DNA of 63,887 nt, filler included, from Octopus bimaculoides (lineage: Eukaryota), in the NCBI RefSeq assembly GCF_001194135.2. It is 8 parts of 6 records of this genome, joined end to end, with 100 filler letters (N's around TTAATTAATTAA, not from the genome) between each part and the next. Parts side by side here need not be neighbours in the genome. Positions count along the whole stretch, not along the records: positions 48,130 to 59,461 come from NC_068995.1; positions 59,562 to 62,573 come from NC_069001.1; positions 62,674 to 63,887 come from NC_068985.1; 5 more parts are not named here. One strand, 5' to 3'. Positions within the stretch are counted from its first letter, which is position 1. The number at the start of each line of letters is the position of its first letter. Positions 49,831 to 62,716 of the stretch are shown here, piece after piece. The notes under the pieces are model-generated. The model did no database searches. It had not been told where the DNA came from and saw nothing but the letters and a program-made list of their open reading frames with translations. The position numbers and the translations under genes are program-made.

Positions 49831-50195
49831 TCTGTTTATGCGAGTGTATATGTGTATATAGAACATGATTAACGCTTTATTTTATTGAACCCTCATCTGC
49901 TGATCACAAGAGAATCCAACGTGTGCGTGTGCGTGTGTGTGTATTAATATTAATGTCGTATTCCAATAAATAAACTTATTTTCAATTTTAAATATTATAT
50001 TGAAATTAATTTCACTATATTTTAACACATGTATTCTTGTATATGTACCGTTCTCCAATATATATATATATGTGTGTATACATACGTCCATATATATAAG
50101 TATATACACGTAAGCGTCGATATATATGTTTGTGTGTATACACATAAATATTGTAAACGTATATCCACATATATATAGAGAGAGAGAGAGAGCGC

Positions 50196-50475
50196 GAAAG
50201 GAGGAGAGAGAGAGCGCGCGCGAGAGGAGGAGAGAGAGAGCGCGCGCGAGAGGAGGAGAGAGAGAGCGCGCGCGAGAGGAGGAGAGAGAGAGCGCGCGCG
50301 AGAGGAGGAGAGAGAGAGCGCGCGCGAGAGGAGGAGAGAGAGAGCGCGCGCGAGAGGAGGAGAGAGAGAGCGCGCGCGAGAGGAGGAGAGAGAGAGCGCG
50401 CGCGAGAGGAGGAGAGAGAGAGCGCGCGCGAGAGGAGGAGAGAGAGCGCGCGCGAGAGGAGGAGAGAGAGAGAGA
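50196..50475. repeat. 26-bp minisatellite, about 10 near-identical copies
   Basis: Unit gagaggaggagagagagagcgcgcgc. Confidence 0.95.
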
Positions 50476-51821
50476 CTAACAGTGGGGCGAGAGAGGAGAG
50501 AGAGTGAGAGATACATACACCGATATATTAATATAGTGAATGCTATATTTTGTAGGTATCGCTCTTCCAATACAATTCTCATTAAAATTATGCATATTAC
50601 TATAACATTGCTATGTCCGTAAATACATACACATATAGATATCCATATATGCATATGTCTGTTATATATATACATATATGTATATATATTATTACCTTCA
50701 CATTTACTTTCTGTCATATGTATGTATTTATATCTTATTACCTCCACATTTCTGTCATATGTATGTATATATATGTATATATATATTATTACCTCCACGT
50801 TTACTTTCTGTCATCTAATCATAAATCTTCAGCAGCAGGATTTCATCTAATGTTAGTCATTGTTACGTCCACATGTGACATCCTACCGCATTTTTTTCCT
50901 CTCTATAAATAATTATATTAATAATATTGCACGAAGCAGGAAAAGATCCTAGCTTAATTAAGATCCTCTTGCCGTAGTAGTTGGATTCTTCACTCAAGGT
51001 ACTGCGATCAAATTCCAGTGAAACATTATCTGAATATAAGATGCTATGTTGGAATGCTCTTATAGCGAGTGCATGTTAGTATATTTGTCCTTCTGATCGA
51101 CCTTGACAATAGACAGTCAAATGTAAGAGTAGTTAGAACAGCTAACAGAATCTTTTCAGTAATTCTCTCCGACTGTCCTCAGTTTCAAATCCCATCGAGT
51201 TCATTTTTACTTTTCATTCTCTTGTGGTGGATATAAACGTATTAATCCAGTGTCCTGGATTAACGGAACTAAAAGAACGGCAGATCAAGTACTCTGTGGT
51301 ATTTGTTTTCGTCTCTCTACGTTCTAAGTTCAAATCCCGCCAAAGCCATCAGAATCTGGCATCTTGGATGCTTTGAACGAAGTCCAGTCTGTTCTGGGAG
51401 TGAAGCTCCGATAATCGGCAGTGACTTGGTTAGCGAATCCTCTTCGACGACGGACAATCGACGGCAGGATGAGCTGCAACGGATCACACTGTCTCGAAAT
51501 GTGTATGCTTGTGACTGGCGACCTCATGTGAACTTGTATTCCCGCTGAAACTCCGAACATGAGTTGTTAGTCGAAACCGGCTCGACCAATCCCGGTCGAA
51601 TGCCGCCGAAAGTAAAAATAAGAAATCCAATCTATTGCGAACAAAAACTCGCCAACAAAGAACAACGTCAGATCCCAGAAAGTACTGTTTCCATTTCCGA
51701 GGAAGGCCGTAAAACTCACCTAGTCCCCAACACCTGCACTAGACTCGGTGATCAGACAACAGTGATCATCCACCCTGTAGCACTACCCCCATCGTCATAC
51801 AGCAATGAGAAAAGAATGGAT

Positions 51822-51960
51822 GAAGTAACGACGACGAATGTTCCAGTCGATCCGATCAGCGGAATAGCCAATTCGTGAAATTAACGTAATTTTCAAGGAT
51901 ATTCTCAGCGTGACACGCAGTATGTGACAAAGTTAGCCCCTTGGATGAATTACTGATACA
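51822..51960 (-). mobile_element. SINE tail B1, degenerate with a deletion
   Basis: gtaacgacgacgaatgttccagtcgatccgatcagcggaatagcc..cgtgaaattaacgt..cagcgtgacac. Confidence 0.7.
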
Positions 51961-52925
51961 AGAAAAGGAAAAAAAAAGCTAAGAAAACAGTCGTCGAAGC
52001 ATTTGCTTCAACTTCTGAGTTCAAATCCTGCCGAGTCCAACTTTATATTACGGGCATTACTTAACATACCAACATCGTAATCGTCATAGACTAACTCCGA
52101 AATACTTCTAGCGACGGCTATACTTGAGGAGGAAGCAACCATAATGTATATATGTATTTATATCATCTGATTTAGGAGAACCGTGTCCACCTTTCTCCTT
52201 TGCCAAACATACTCAAGCATTAAAATATTAGGTGCTTTGTTTGTTTATATGTTTGAGTGTCTCATGTGGATTGAGTCTCTGATGTGGACACACAAAAAGT
52301 TACTGAAGCTTAGAAATCCAAATTTTATAAACAATGTTTACGAAACAAGCCAAATCGTTGTTTGATTTTCGCTTTACGCAGTTCTGTCTTTTATCATAAA
52401 TTAGTTAAAATATTTACAAAGCAGTTAAAAATTGTCTCTGTAGGTTACACAAAAATGGAAATCACTGACTAAATTTTATCTTTTATAATAAATTAATTAC
52501 AATATTAACTAAGCAGTTTGAACTCACTCAAACAGGCTGTCATATACTATGCTTAACATTCTAGTGTTTTACTTTTGTGATTGTTTGTATTTATAAGCAG
52601 CTTGTCATAAGCGTTGCTGAATGGTAAAAGAAAATCGTTTTACAGTTATGACACCCAAGTTCTATCCAACTGCGTAATACCGTGGGCCTGTGTCTCTTGT
52701 GACAGCCTATAGCCTCAGACCGATTCGAACTCAGTAAGTACGCTTTGTGAGATAAAAACTCTTAACAAATTTTCTCAGATGTACCCTAACTCAAAAGCCA
52801 GCCATGTCAGACCGTCATAGTGAATATGCATAAGCAGTAAGTTATATGTATATACATACATACAAATATATATATACATAAAGACAAATTTATATACGTA
52901 TATATATATATATAGTTATGGTATA

Positions 52926-53087
52926 TTCTTATTTCTTTATTGCCCACAAGGGCATAAACATGGAGGGGACAAACAAGGACAGACAAAGGGATTAAGTCGA
53001 TTAGATCGACCCCAGTGCGCAACTGGTATTTAATTTATCGGTACCGAATGGATGAAAGGCAAAGCCAACCTCGGCGGAATTTGAAGT
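52926..53087 (-). mobile_element. SINE family A, tail type 2, 5'-truncated
   Basis: atttctttattgcccacaaggg..gggacaaacaaggacagacaaagggattaagtcgattagatcgaccccagtgcgcaactgg. Confidence 0.88.
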
Positions 53088-53244
53088 TATGGTATATTCT
53101 ATTAAGAGCGTAGTAGAAAACAGTATAGAGCTCATCCACCTTCAGATTTCACCCTGTGCCATGTAGTAGTAGTAGATGTACTTCCTGGTTTGCGTTTGGG
53201 CATCTGTTGTGTGAATAGACAACGGACTCCAATTCTTTCACACA

Positions 53245-53291
<47 letters not shown>

Positions 53292-53794
53292 TGTGTATGT
53301 ATAAATATACATGTGTGTGTGTGTGTGTGTGTGCCGGTACAAATATACCTGAAATTATGAAATGCAGTTTACCTATTGTCAATATCATCAGCCTGTTTTA
53401 CTTTTAAAATCTGTTTTACGTCTTAACTTATACGAATAATATCACTCGCATTAATCGATGATTTATCGAAATACTCTGTCAGTTTATGCTATATTTTTAC
53501 ATTGTTTTACTATGTATAACGAGAATTTAAAACTTGGAATCCGATGAATTACGAGGGTTGTTAAGTTAAGACTTGTTCTAGCGCTTCAGCGAATAAATCG
53601 TATACAAAGTTCATGGCGAAAGGAATTTTATTTCCTTGTTTCTGGTTGACAACTAGGAAATAGAAATTTACACCGTGTATACAAATGGCATGGATTGTAT
53701 CGATAAATAATCGAATAAATAAACATAACTACTAATAATAATCCTTTTTACTATAGACACAAGGATTGGAGTTTGACTGGTACTTATAGACCTA

Positions 53795-53975
53795 GAAAAT
53801 CCTCTTGGATTTCTCGATCCAAACCGATCAGATGCTAGAGGATAACAGACCGAACCTAGTGGGCATGATGCACTACTCGTGTTATATAGCTGATGTTGCA
53901 TGCCCCTTTGACCCACGGCTGTAGAAAACGAAGAAGGTGAAGATAGTGCCAATTATTGTTGGGTCCTTGGAGGCA
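53795..53975 (+). pseudogene. R4/Dong-type RLE endonuclease fragment, nested in SINE A sequence
   Basis: KILLDFSIQTDQMLEDNRPNLV..CYIADVACPFDPRL*, then KKVKIVPIIVGSL; the segment expected between the two is missing. Confidence 0.8.
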
Positions 53976-53984
53976 GCATGATAC

Positions 53985-54295
53985 GGTTTGAAATGTGGAG
54001 GGAGGGGGCCAGTCGATTACATCAACCCAGTATGCAACTGGTACTTAATTTATCGACCCCGAAAGGATGAAAGTTGAAGTTGATCTCGGTGGAACTTGAA
54101 CTCAAAACGTAGCAACGGGTTTAGTACCGCTAAGCATTTCACCCGACCTGCTTACGATTCTGCTAGCTTGCCAATAATAATATTTTCTACTATAGGCACA
54201 AGGCCTGAAATTTTTGCTGGAAGGGGAATAGTCGATTACATTGACTCCAGTGTTTCACTGGTATATAATTTATCGACCCGAAAAGATGAAAGGCA
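53985..54295 (-). mobile_element. Two stacked SINE family A copies (53985-54172 and 54180-54295)
   Basis: Each has gtcgattacat..actgg..aatttatcgaccc.gaaag.atgaaag. Confidence 0.85.
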
Positions 54296-55699
54296 AAATA
54301 ATAATAATAATAATATTCTTTTCCACTATAAACTTAAAATAAGTTGGACGAATAAAAGAACTAATGAGAGGATCGTTTGCAAAATAAAATGCCAGGTTTC
54401 AAATGTTGGTACCGTTTAAGTAGAACGGATTAATCGATTACATAAACCTTATTATTTAACTGGTTGAAAAGCAAAACCGACCTCGACAGAATTTGAACTC
54501 GGTTTCTAAATGGCCGGAAGAAAAACGGCTAAGTATTTGCCCAACCACGACATGAATACAAGGTGTTTAATATTAGAGATCATTACTTGACAATTCCTAG
54601 AAATATCCTTTAATACCGATTAAATTGCAGCGAATCAAATCGAAGTATTGACGAGAATTTTCAAGGATAAATTTGATTTGGAACTACTTGTAAAATTTAT
54701 TGATCCTTATTCCGCATAAATAATATCTTACAAAGGTTCATACTGGCTACCGTATTGGATGTCACGTGTAAAGAAAACTAAAAGGAGAACGAATAATGTC
54801 AACACCGAACCTATTCAGTCCTCCCCTTACAAGAAAGTGAGCCATATCGTTCAGCCCATTCTTATAAGGGAATCGCGTACTTTGAACTCGATGCTTAAAG
54901 GGAAAGGAAATGGAGCGTGCAAAATTCAATAAAGCTAGAAAGGAAGGCATAAAAGGACACTAAAGGAATACGTTTCTATTCTATTTGAATATTCCTCTGT
55001 TATACCCAATGCCAAAAACGAAACTACGACAATATTCTCGTATGAAATTTGGAGAATAAGGCATAACCTTGATCTAGAAGTGACATAGAATCAAAAGAAA
55101 TAACTTTAATATAATGCAGTCTCAAAACCAACAAAGTGTCAGAAACTCTTTTCTGTATTCACCATAAGCGGTTTAAATGGACAGGGGACGAAATCAAGGA
55201 CAGACAAGGGGTCGGGGATCGAATGGGAGTGACAGAGTGAAGGATGAACGATAAAAATACAAAAACAGAATTTTGATAAATTCAAAAAATCGAATGCTTG
55301 AAACAAGAATGAAGCGGGGGACGTGGGTGACCCCCAGAAACCACGTTCTCACACTGAAGACTGTTTTTCCTTTTATGTTTTCGCTTATACAAGTTTGTTC
55401 ACTCTCAATGTGTCAAAAACTGAAATGGAATACTTAAACTAGATATTACATAATGAAAACAGAAATAATGTAAATATAACAAACATGAAAATAACCATTG
55501 AGATAAGCGTGAAGATCGACCAAACTCTTGGAAAACAAGGGACAAAAACCAAATCTTAGGACATCTGTAGAATACAGAATATTAATCAGCAGCAACCGAA
55601 GCGGGACAAAATGTAAAACTAAATAAAAGAAAACCTGATTTAGCTTTAAGAATAGGAAATTGTAAACATGAAAATGGTGACTATGGTAATGTATAGATT

Positions 55700-56230
55700 G
55701 AAATAATTATATTACTATAATCAATAGAAGATTTTCCGACTGACCACGAAAGGAAGTTCCAATTGTAAAAACTGAACGATGAAATAGCAGCAATGATAAA
55801 AAAAATAATTGCAAGTCTGAGAGTTGCAGATATATTGAAAGCATACACGAAGATCAATATCACCAAGTTAACCGAAATAATATATGCAGCAGCAACGGTA
55901 ATTACAAAAGCGAATGGGTGTTTCTTCGGATTTACTCATACAAGAATATTTATGCTGAAGCAAACAAGGAAAACGAGCATCCAACCGAAAGTAGGGAACA
56001 AAATCTGAATCCTTAATGAAATCAATAGCTAAAAACCATAACTTATAAAAGTATAAAGAGGTACGTGATACTGAAAAAAAAAAAAGAAACTACCCGCTGG
56101 CAAAGAGCGTCTGAAACTAGGAAATATTCACTAAATTTTCCAAGAATTTGATGATATGAAAGGCAACTATGATTCTTTGTACAGAACAAGTTCCATTCTA
56201 ACCCCCAAAATGATCTTACCAATAACTAAT
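55700..56230 (+). pseudogene. R4/Dong-type retrotransposon, pre-RT region remnant
   Basis: ITKLTEIIYAAATVIT and downstream ERLKL..FVQNKFHSNP, resembling the R4-clade N.LIYAAA..I and QNKLF..N.K motifs; frameshifted. Confidence 0.55.
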
Positions 56231-57429
56231 TAAAAATAAACAGAAGGAAGCAAATATCGATTAATAAAACTCATCACCCCTTCCCCACCCCTACATTGCA
56301 AACAGTTTGTAGAATTGTGCTAATGTTAGAAATCTGTAATTTATATTATTTAATTAAAATAAGCAGATCGAAATTAAACATTCTCACCTTATCATAACGT
56401 ATTTGTTTTACACTTCGACAGAAAGAAATCTTCCCACATTATTATTACTATTATTATTATTATTATTTATTATTTTCTATTTGCCAAGTCGGAGGTGTCA
56501 GTGATTCTTCTGGTTTTGTTCACTGAACATGAAGCCGCTAACCGCATCTTTTAATATTCAGTACACATCATAACATTCTAACTGTACCGGGGAGGTATGC
56601 TTTCTGTAGTTTTACTAAGTTAATTTGTTATGCTGATTGTACAAAGTCATTTAGTGATATTTTCAGACACTATACTCATTAATCCTATCATAACAGGAAT
56701 TACAATATTAAGCAATTCTTTTTTTTTTTTTTTTTTTAATAGAAAGGCGTATTAATCGCAAATGAAATTGTACTTTATACACTTGCAAGATTTTCGAAAA
56801 TTTTGTCAACAAGCTCATGCATTTTAAAAGTTTTGGGAAGCAAAGAAAAGCATTGATACTTAGACAAATAAAAGCAAACAGTTACACGATATCAAAGAAA
56901 ATTACAATTTCACAATTGGCAACTAACAACGAAGATGTTAAAGCCGGAATTAAATAATGGTGAATATGGTTCAGTTTTCTGAAAAACGGACCATGTGAGA
57001 GAAGTATGACACGCAAATTTCTTGTCCAGTCATTTTATGAAAGAATGTACGAGAAAGAAATTGCATTGCTCTGCCTCTCGGGAAAAAAAATGGAAAGCGT
57101 GTCCTGAAAGGAGCAGTTAAAGAAACCTCTAAGCAGAGGTACGTAATGATGAAATATCCATCCGTTGAAGCAACGCAATTAAGATATTCAATACAGGCAA
57201 CGGCGAGTCTTCCTTATCAATCATTTAATGTATGTATGTGTGTATTTCTTGAGCTCTAGGACTCCTAAGACTGAAAACCACAAAATTTGGTCAGTTTTAC
57301 TTCATCGAAGATGTAGAAAAGAATAAAACAGTAAGATTTGTGTTGCAGGACAGGAATCCCCAACTATTACACGTTTATTAAAATAAATCATGCATGAACG
57401 CCTTCTAGCCTGAAGAACTGCCAGTTCAA

Positions 57430-57700
57430 ACGACGGTGAGATGGCAGAGAATGAACAGCAATTTACGTTCTGAGTTCAAATCCCGCCGAGGTCAACTTTG
57501 TTCTTCATCCCTTTGAAGTCGATAAAATAAAGTACTGGGGGCAGATGTAATCGGCTTGCTCTTCTCCTCAAAATTGTTGACCTTGAATTCTGCAACGAAC
57601 CGGCGTTCCGTTCGCGAGGATTGTTGTGTTCTCGGCCAAGTATACGACATTGCAACCGGGAAACCAGTCTTAAGTGTCCTAGAGCTATAAAAAATACGCA
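57430..57700 (+). mobile_element. SINE family A followed by a degenerate B2-like tail
   Basis: gacggtgagatggcag..ttctgagttcaaatcccgccgaggtcaactttg; later cattgcaaccgggaaacc, similar to the tail of 19087-19331. Confidence 0.7.
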
Positions 57701-57726
57701 CACACACACACACACACACACACATT

Positions 57727-58104
57727 AAATGGTTGGTAGTTAAGACAGTGTATTGTAAGCTCTATTTAGCACGACGATCATTTCGGCTTACATCTGCACT
57801 ACTCCCTTGTGGGTGGGGAACAATATAATGGAATCGAATGCACCCCGCTATGCAAAAGAAATCTCAGGTTACATAATACGAACTACTATAAACGCCAACA
57901 CCATCCTGCTACACACAGTAGCGAAATGTACATAATATAACACTGTAACGTATTATATAACCTGATGAGGTTTCTTCTACGCTGTAGGGTGTATTCGATT
58001 CAATTATATCATTCCCTACCCAGTAGGGAACAGTACAGATGTAAACCGAAACGATCGTCGTGCTAAATAAAGCTTACAGTATACCCTGTCTTTCCTATCA
58101 ATCA
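57727..58104. mobile_element. MITE with long (about 135-150 bp) diverged TIRs
   Basis: gacagtgtattgtaagctctatttagcacgacgatcatttcgg...ggttacataatacg (to 57880) mirrors cgtattatataacc...ccgaaacgatcgtcgtgctaaataaagcttacagtataccctgtc (from 57949). Confidence 0.85.
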
Positions 58105-58307
58105 TTAGAAATATACTAAACGTGCATCGAGGAATTCCTTATGTAGATCCTGCGACGAAAGTGCAGTACCGCGGTTGCTACCTGGTGGTCGTGTGCGGTG
58201 AAGGAGCTCTCGAGGCACACTACTAAGATGTAGCATACACACCTTAAAGTCGCCTATTTAAACTTTAATTTTAAATAGTAACCTATGTGTGTGTGTGTGT
58301 CCCTGTG

Positions 58308-58339
<32 letters not shown>

Positions 58340-58960
58340 AAATGTTAGTTATAGAATAAAAACGTTAGGTTAACGACTCAATATACTACACTCCCTCAAT
58401 GACCACATATAAGAAATACAACATAATCCACCAAACAAGGAATAAAAGGATATAAAAATAACGTAAGAAAAATAAAATAAATAAAAGAATAAGAAATATA
58501 TAAGAAGTAAGATGCAAGATATAGAACGTATAATATAAAAATTTATACACAAATATATTATTTCAACCGATAATATACAAATAAATTAAGAATAATATTT
58601 GAGTTAAAGGTATAACACAAGGTTAGTTATTGGAGCGGGATTTTTTTTTTTATGAATTAAGAGTGGGCTCTCAGTTATTTCACAAGATTAATAAAAGTTC
58701 CAAATCAAGTTAAAGTTAAAATTAATACGATTAAAATTTCAAATATATAATATAGATAGATATAAAATAAAATAAAATAAAATAAAGAAATGAGGTAAAA
58801 CAAAATAGTTTATTGGTTAAAAATCAATGACAAAACCTTAAAGTGATTTAACATTATTTAGAGTTAAAATATAAAGTTCTATACTTCCCTCGGGTATGTT
58901 TTATAATTTAAAGCAGCAGACATGAATAGGTAAGTCCGTATTAGTTTAGTATACACAAGA

Positions 58961-59172
58961 GATCACAAAAACACGGGTCAAAGTTGAATACAGGCACCCA
59001 GCAGGTATCAGTATGTAAAATCCATTTCTTTTCACCATGTCCAAAAGTTCACAAAATACATGGGTCAAAAGACAAATGCAGCACCCAGCCGGTATCGATC
59101 GGTAAAATCCATTTCAACCACCATTTATAAGAGTTCACAAAAAACATGGGGCAAAAAACAAAAACAGCACCT
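58961..59172. repeat. 86-bp diverged tandem repeat, about 2.5 copies
   Basis: Units start g.tcacaaaa.aca.ggg.caaa at 58961, 59047 and 59133; units 1 and 2 contain cacccagc.ggtatc..taaaatccatttc. Confidence 0.8.
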
Positions 59173-59561
59173 AGGGCCATTTCGGCGGGTACATCACGGT
59201 ATTTCAAACACATAGAGAGTGCAAACTGGTGATGAACCCCGCGTCAGGGTAAAATTACACACAAATGTCAAGACATGCGCAAAAGGAAATTTTTTTTTAT
59301 ATATAAGAGCAAGTTTATATAATCAAAATGGACCAGCCCTAGACAAGCCTATGCAAATAATGGAAAAAAATGGAAAAAAAAAAAAGCTATTTTACAATAG
59401 TCAAACAGGCTGCAGTATCTAACTCAATCTTGCAGGTTTCAAATCACCCTAACGTAAACTTNNNNNNNNNNNNNNNNNNNNNNNNNNNNNNNNNNNNNNN
59501 NNNNNTTAATTAATTAANNNNNNNNNNNNNNNNNNNNNNNNNNNNNNNNNNNNNNNNNNNN

Positions 59562-59630
<69 letters not shown>

Positions 59631-60050
59631 AGTTCATATAAATGCATAATGTATTCACTTTTTCAACGGAATGTATATACATACATATATGAATATGTCT
59701 GTTTTATTGTACGTTCTCAAAGCATGTGCGTGTGCTTGTGTATGTGTGTATAAATGTGCATTCACACTCACTATACACAGAAAAATCTGATACGCATTAT
59801 TTACATAATACGCTGTCCATTGTACGTAAAATAACTTAGTCGATATCATAGATGCACTACATTTAAAATAGGCGCGGCCGTTATCTTTGATAGGAATTTA
59901 ACAGATAGCTTTTATGTATACTAAGATCCATACACCCACACATTACCTAAATTGCACATGTCGTAGTTTAAATAAGGTAATACTTTAAGTTAATTGATAT
60001 ATCTCCTACAATTTATCTGTCCCTATAGGCGTTTATCCAAGGATTATTGG

Positions 60051-60412
<362 letters not shown>

Positions 60413-62451
60413 ATACATAGATAGACTGCTACATAGGCAGTCAGACACCCAGGCATACAGGTAGGTAGATAGAGAGATAGATAGATGCAGAGTAAATATT
60501 TCAACTGAACATTGAGTGAAATATTGAAAATCGAGAATATTGACAAGCATCCAAGCAAATAAATAACTTGCATTTGTCTAACTTAATCCAAACATTGTGA
60601 TCAAAGCAAGTTCTTTTTTGATGGTCACTGTTTGTTTGTAAAAACTATCTCTTATGTGGGAAATCTTCTTTCAGATTGCAAGTAAATATTTGCAAACTTT
60701 CATTACGCTTTCACTTTATGCATGCAACTTCCATGTATATGTATGTGTATTTATGTATATATATGTATATATATATGTGTGTGTGTGTCTCTGTGTGTTG
60801 ATAGCCTTTGTGATATTAGCAACAAGACGGCACAACTCAAGTGAGACTGACGGTAATGAAACATACGATTGATTATATCCTCTTTAGTGTTATTTTTAAC
60901 AGATTATCCGTCTCTAGTATCTTATCATTTGTTTAAACACTTCTCAGATGATAGAGTGTAAATTGAAGCATATTTTGTGTGTTCTTTCTAATAGTAAACG
61001 ATCGTTTAAATCAATGTTTCTCAACGTTGTGTACAAATCTGTAAATCTCGGACGGGCAAAATATTTTATGATATATTTCGTATGTTATTATCCACTGCTG
61101 AAAACTTCGCAATGTAATGCAAACGTAAACGTAGTATTATTGGGATTGCCGCCCCTGGTTAAATGCTCAGGTATGAATAGATACTTCTCTTTCCCTCTCT
61201 CTATCTCTCTCTCTCTATCTCTCTCTCTCTGTCTCTCTCATATGCACTGCTAACTCAAGAGCATCCGACATAAAGTGTCCATGAGAAAAGCAAGGTATTT
61301 GTAAATTGAGACCCACAATTCTAACGTTAGAAACTGTTGATTTTGAAACCATGGTCTACAGATAACTGAGGTATTTATAATTTTCACTGGTCTCGCCCGC
61401 CTGGTTTTGCTCCGCTGAATCTTTCTTTGAGAATTTTTTAAGTGATCTTTTTCTAGCACATTAACTGTCCACTTTAGTGGCCTCTTTTATATACACAAGT
61501 ATCTATCTATCTATCTATATATATNNNNNNNNNNNNNNNNNNNNNNNNNNNNNNNNNNNNNNNNNNNNNNNNNNNNNNNNNNNNNNNNNNNNNNNNNNNN
61601 NNNNNNNNNNNNNNNNNNNNNNNNNNNNNNNNNNNNNNNNNNNNNNNNNNNNNNNNNNNNNNNNNNNNNNNNNNNNNNNNNNNNNNNNNNNNNNNNNNNN
61701 NNNNNNNNNNNNNNNNNNNNNNNNNNNNNNNNNNNNNNNNNNNNNNNNNNNNNNNNNNNNNNNNNNNNNNNNNNNNNNNNNNNNNNNNNNNNNNNNNNNN
61801 NNNNNNNNNNNNNNNNNNNNNNNNNNNNNNNNNNNNNNNNATATATATATATATAATAACCCAATTTATGAATGATGGTAATATAATGTTACACAGACAC
61901 AGTACATACGAATGTGTGAACCAATGACTACAAAATAATAATGCATTTCCTATTTTACTGACGCAGCAAAAAAACTTTGCCGCAAGACATTCATGTGGCA
62001 CATTTTAAATGGAATATTATTTGGAAACATTATCAATTCAATAATAGATTTCTAATAGGATTTAATCCATCAATAAAAAATATTATATGATCTGATCCTT
62101 TTCTAGTTCTTGGAATTTTTAGTAATTGGTAATTCCTTAATGTAGATTGTCAGTGTAAAATTTAGTCCAGATTAAGATCTTTCTTCACCCCTTAATCGGG
62201 AAGGAAGGACGGTGCGTGTCGTCTTTTACAGATCCGTCGACAAATGGTGGAAGCAAAGTGCCTTTGTATCGGAGCCAAGATTCCTGGGAGTGAAATGAAT
62301 ACTACTAAACTTACCCAAGAACATGTTAATGCTGATACAAGGGGCAACGGATTACGTTTACTCTCTCTCTATACATATATTTATATATGTATGTATAAAT
62401 ACAGATATATATATGCATACATACACATATATATATATGTGTGTGCGTGTG

Positions 62452-62505
<54 letters not shown>

Positions 62506-62673
62506 AACACATACACACACACACATAGATATATACATACATACATGCATATATATATATATATATATATATANNNNNNNNNNNNNNNNNNNNNNNNNNN
62601 NNNNNNNNNNNNNNNNNTTAATTAATTAANNNNNNNNNNNNNNNNNNNNNNNNNNNNNNNNNNNNNNNNNNNN

Positions 62674-62713
<40 letters not shown>

Positions 62714-62716
<3 letters not shown>

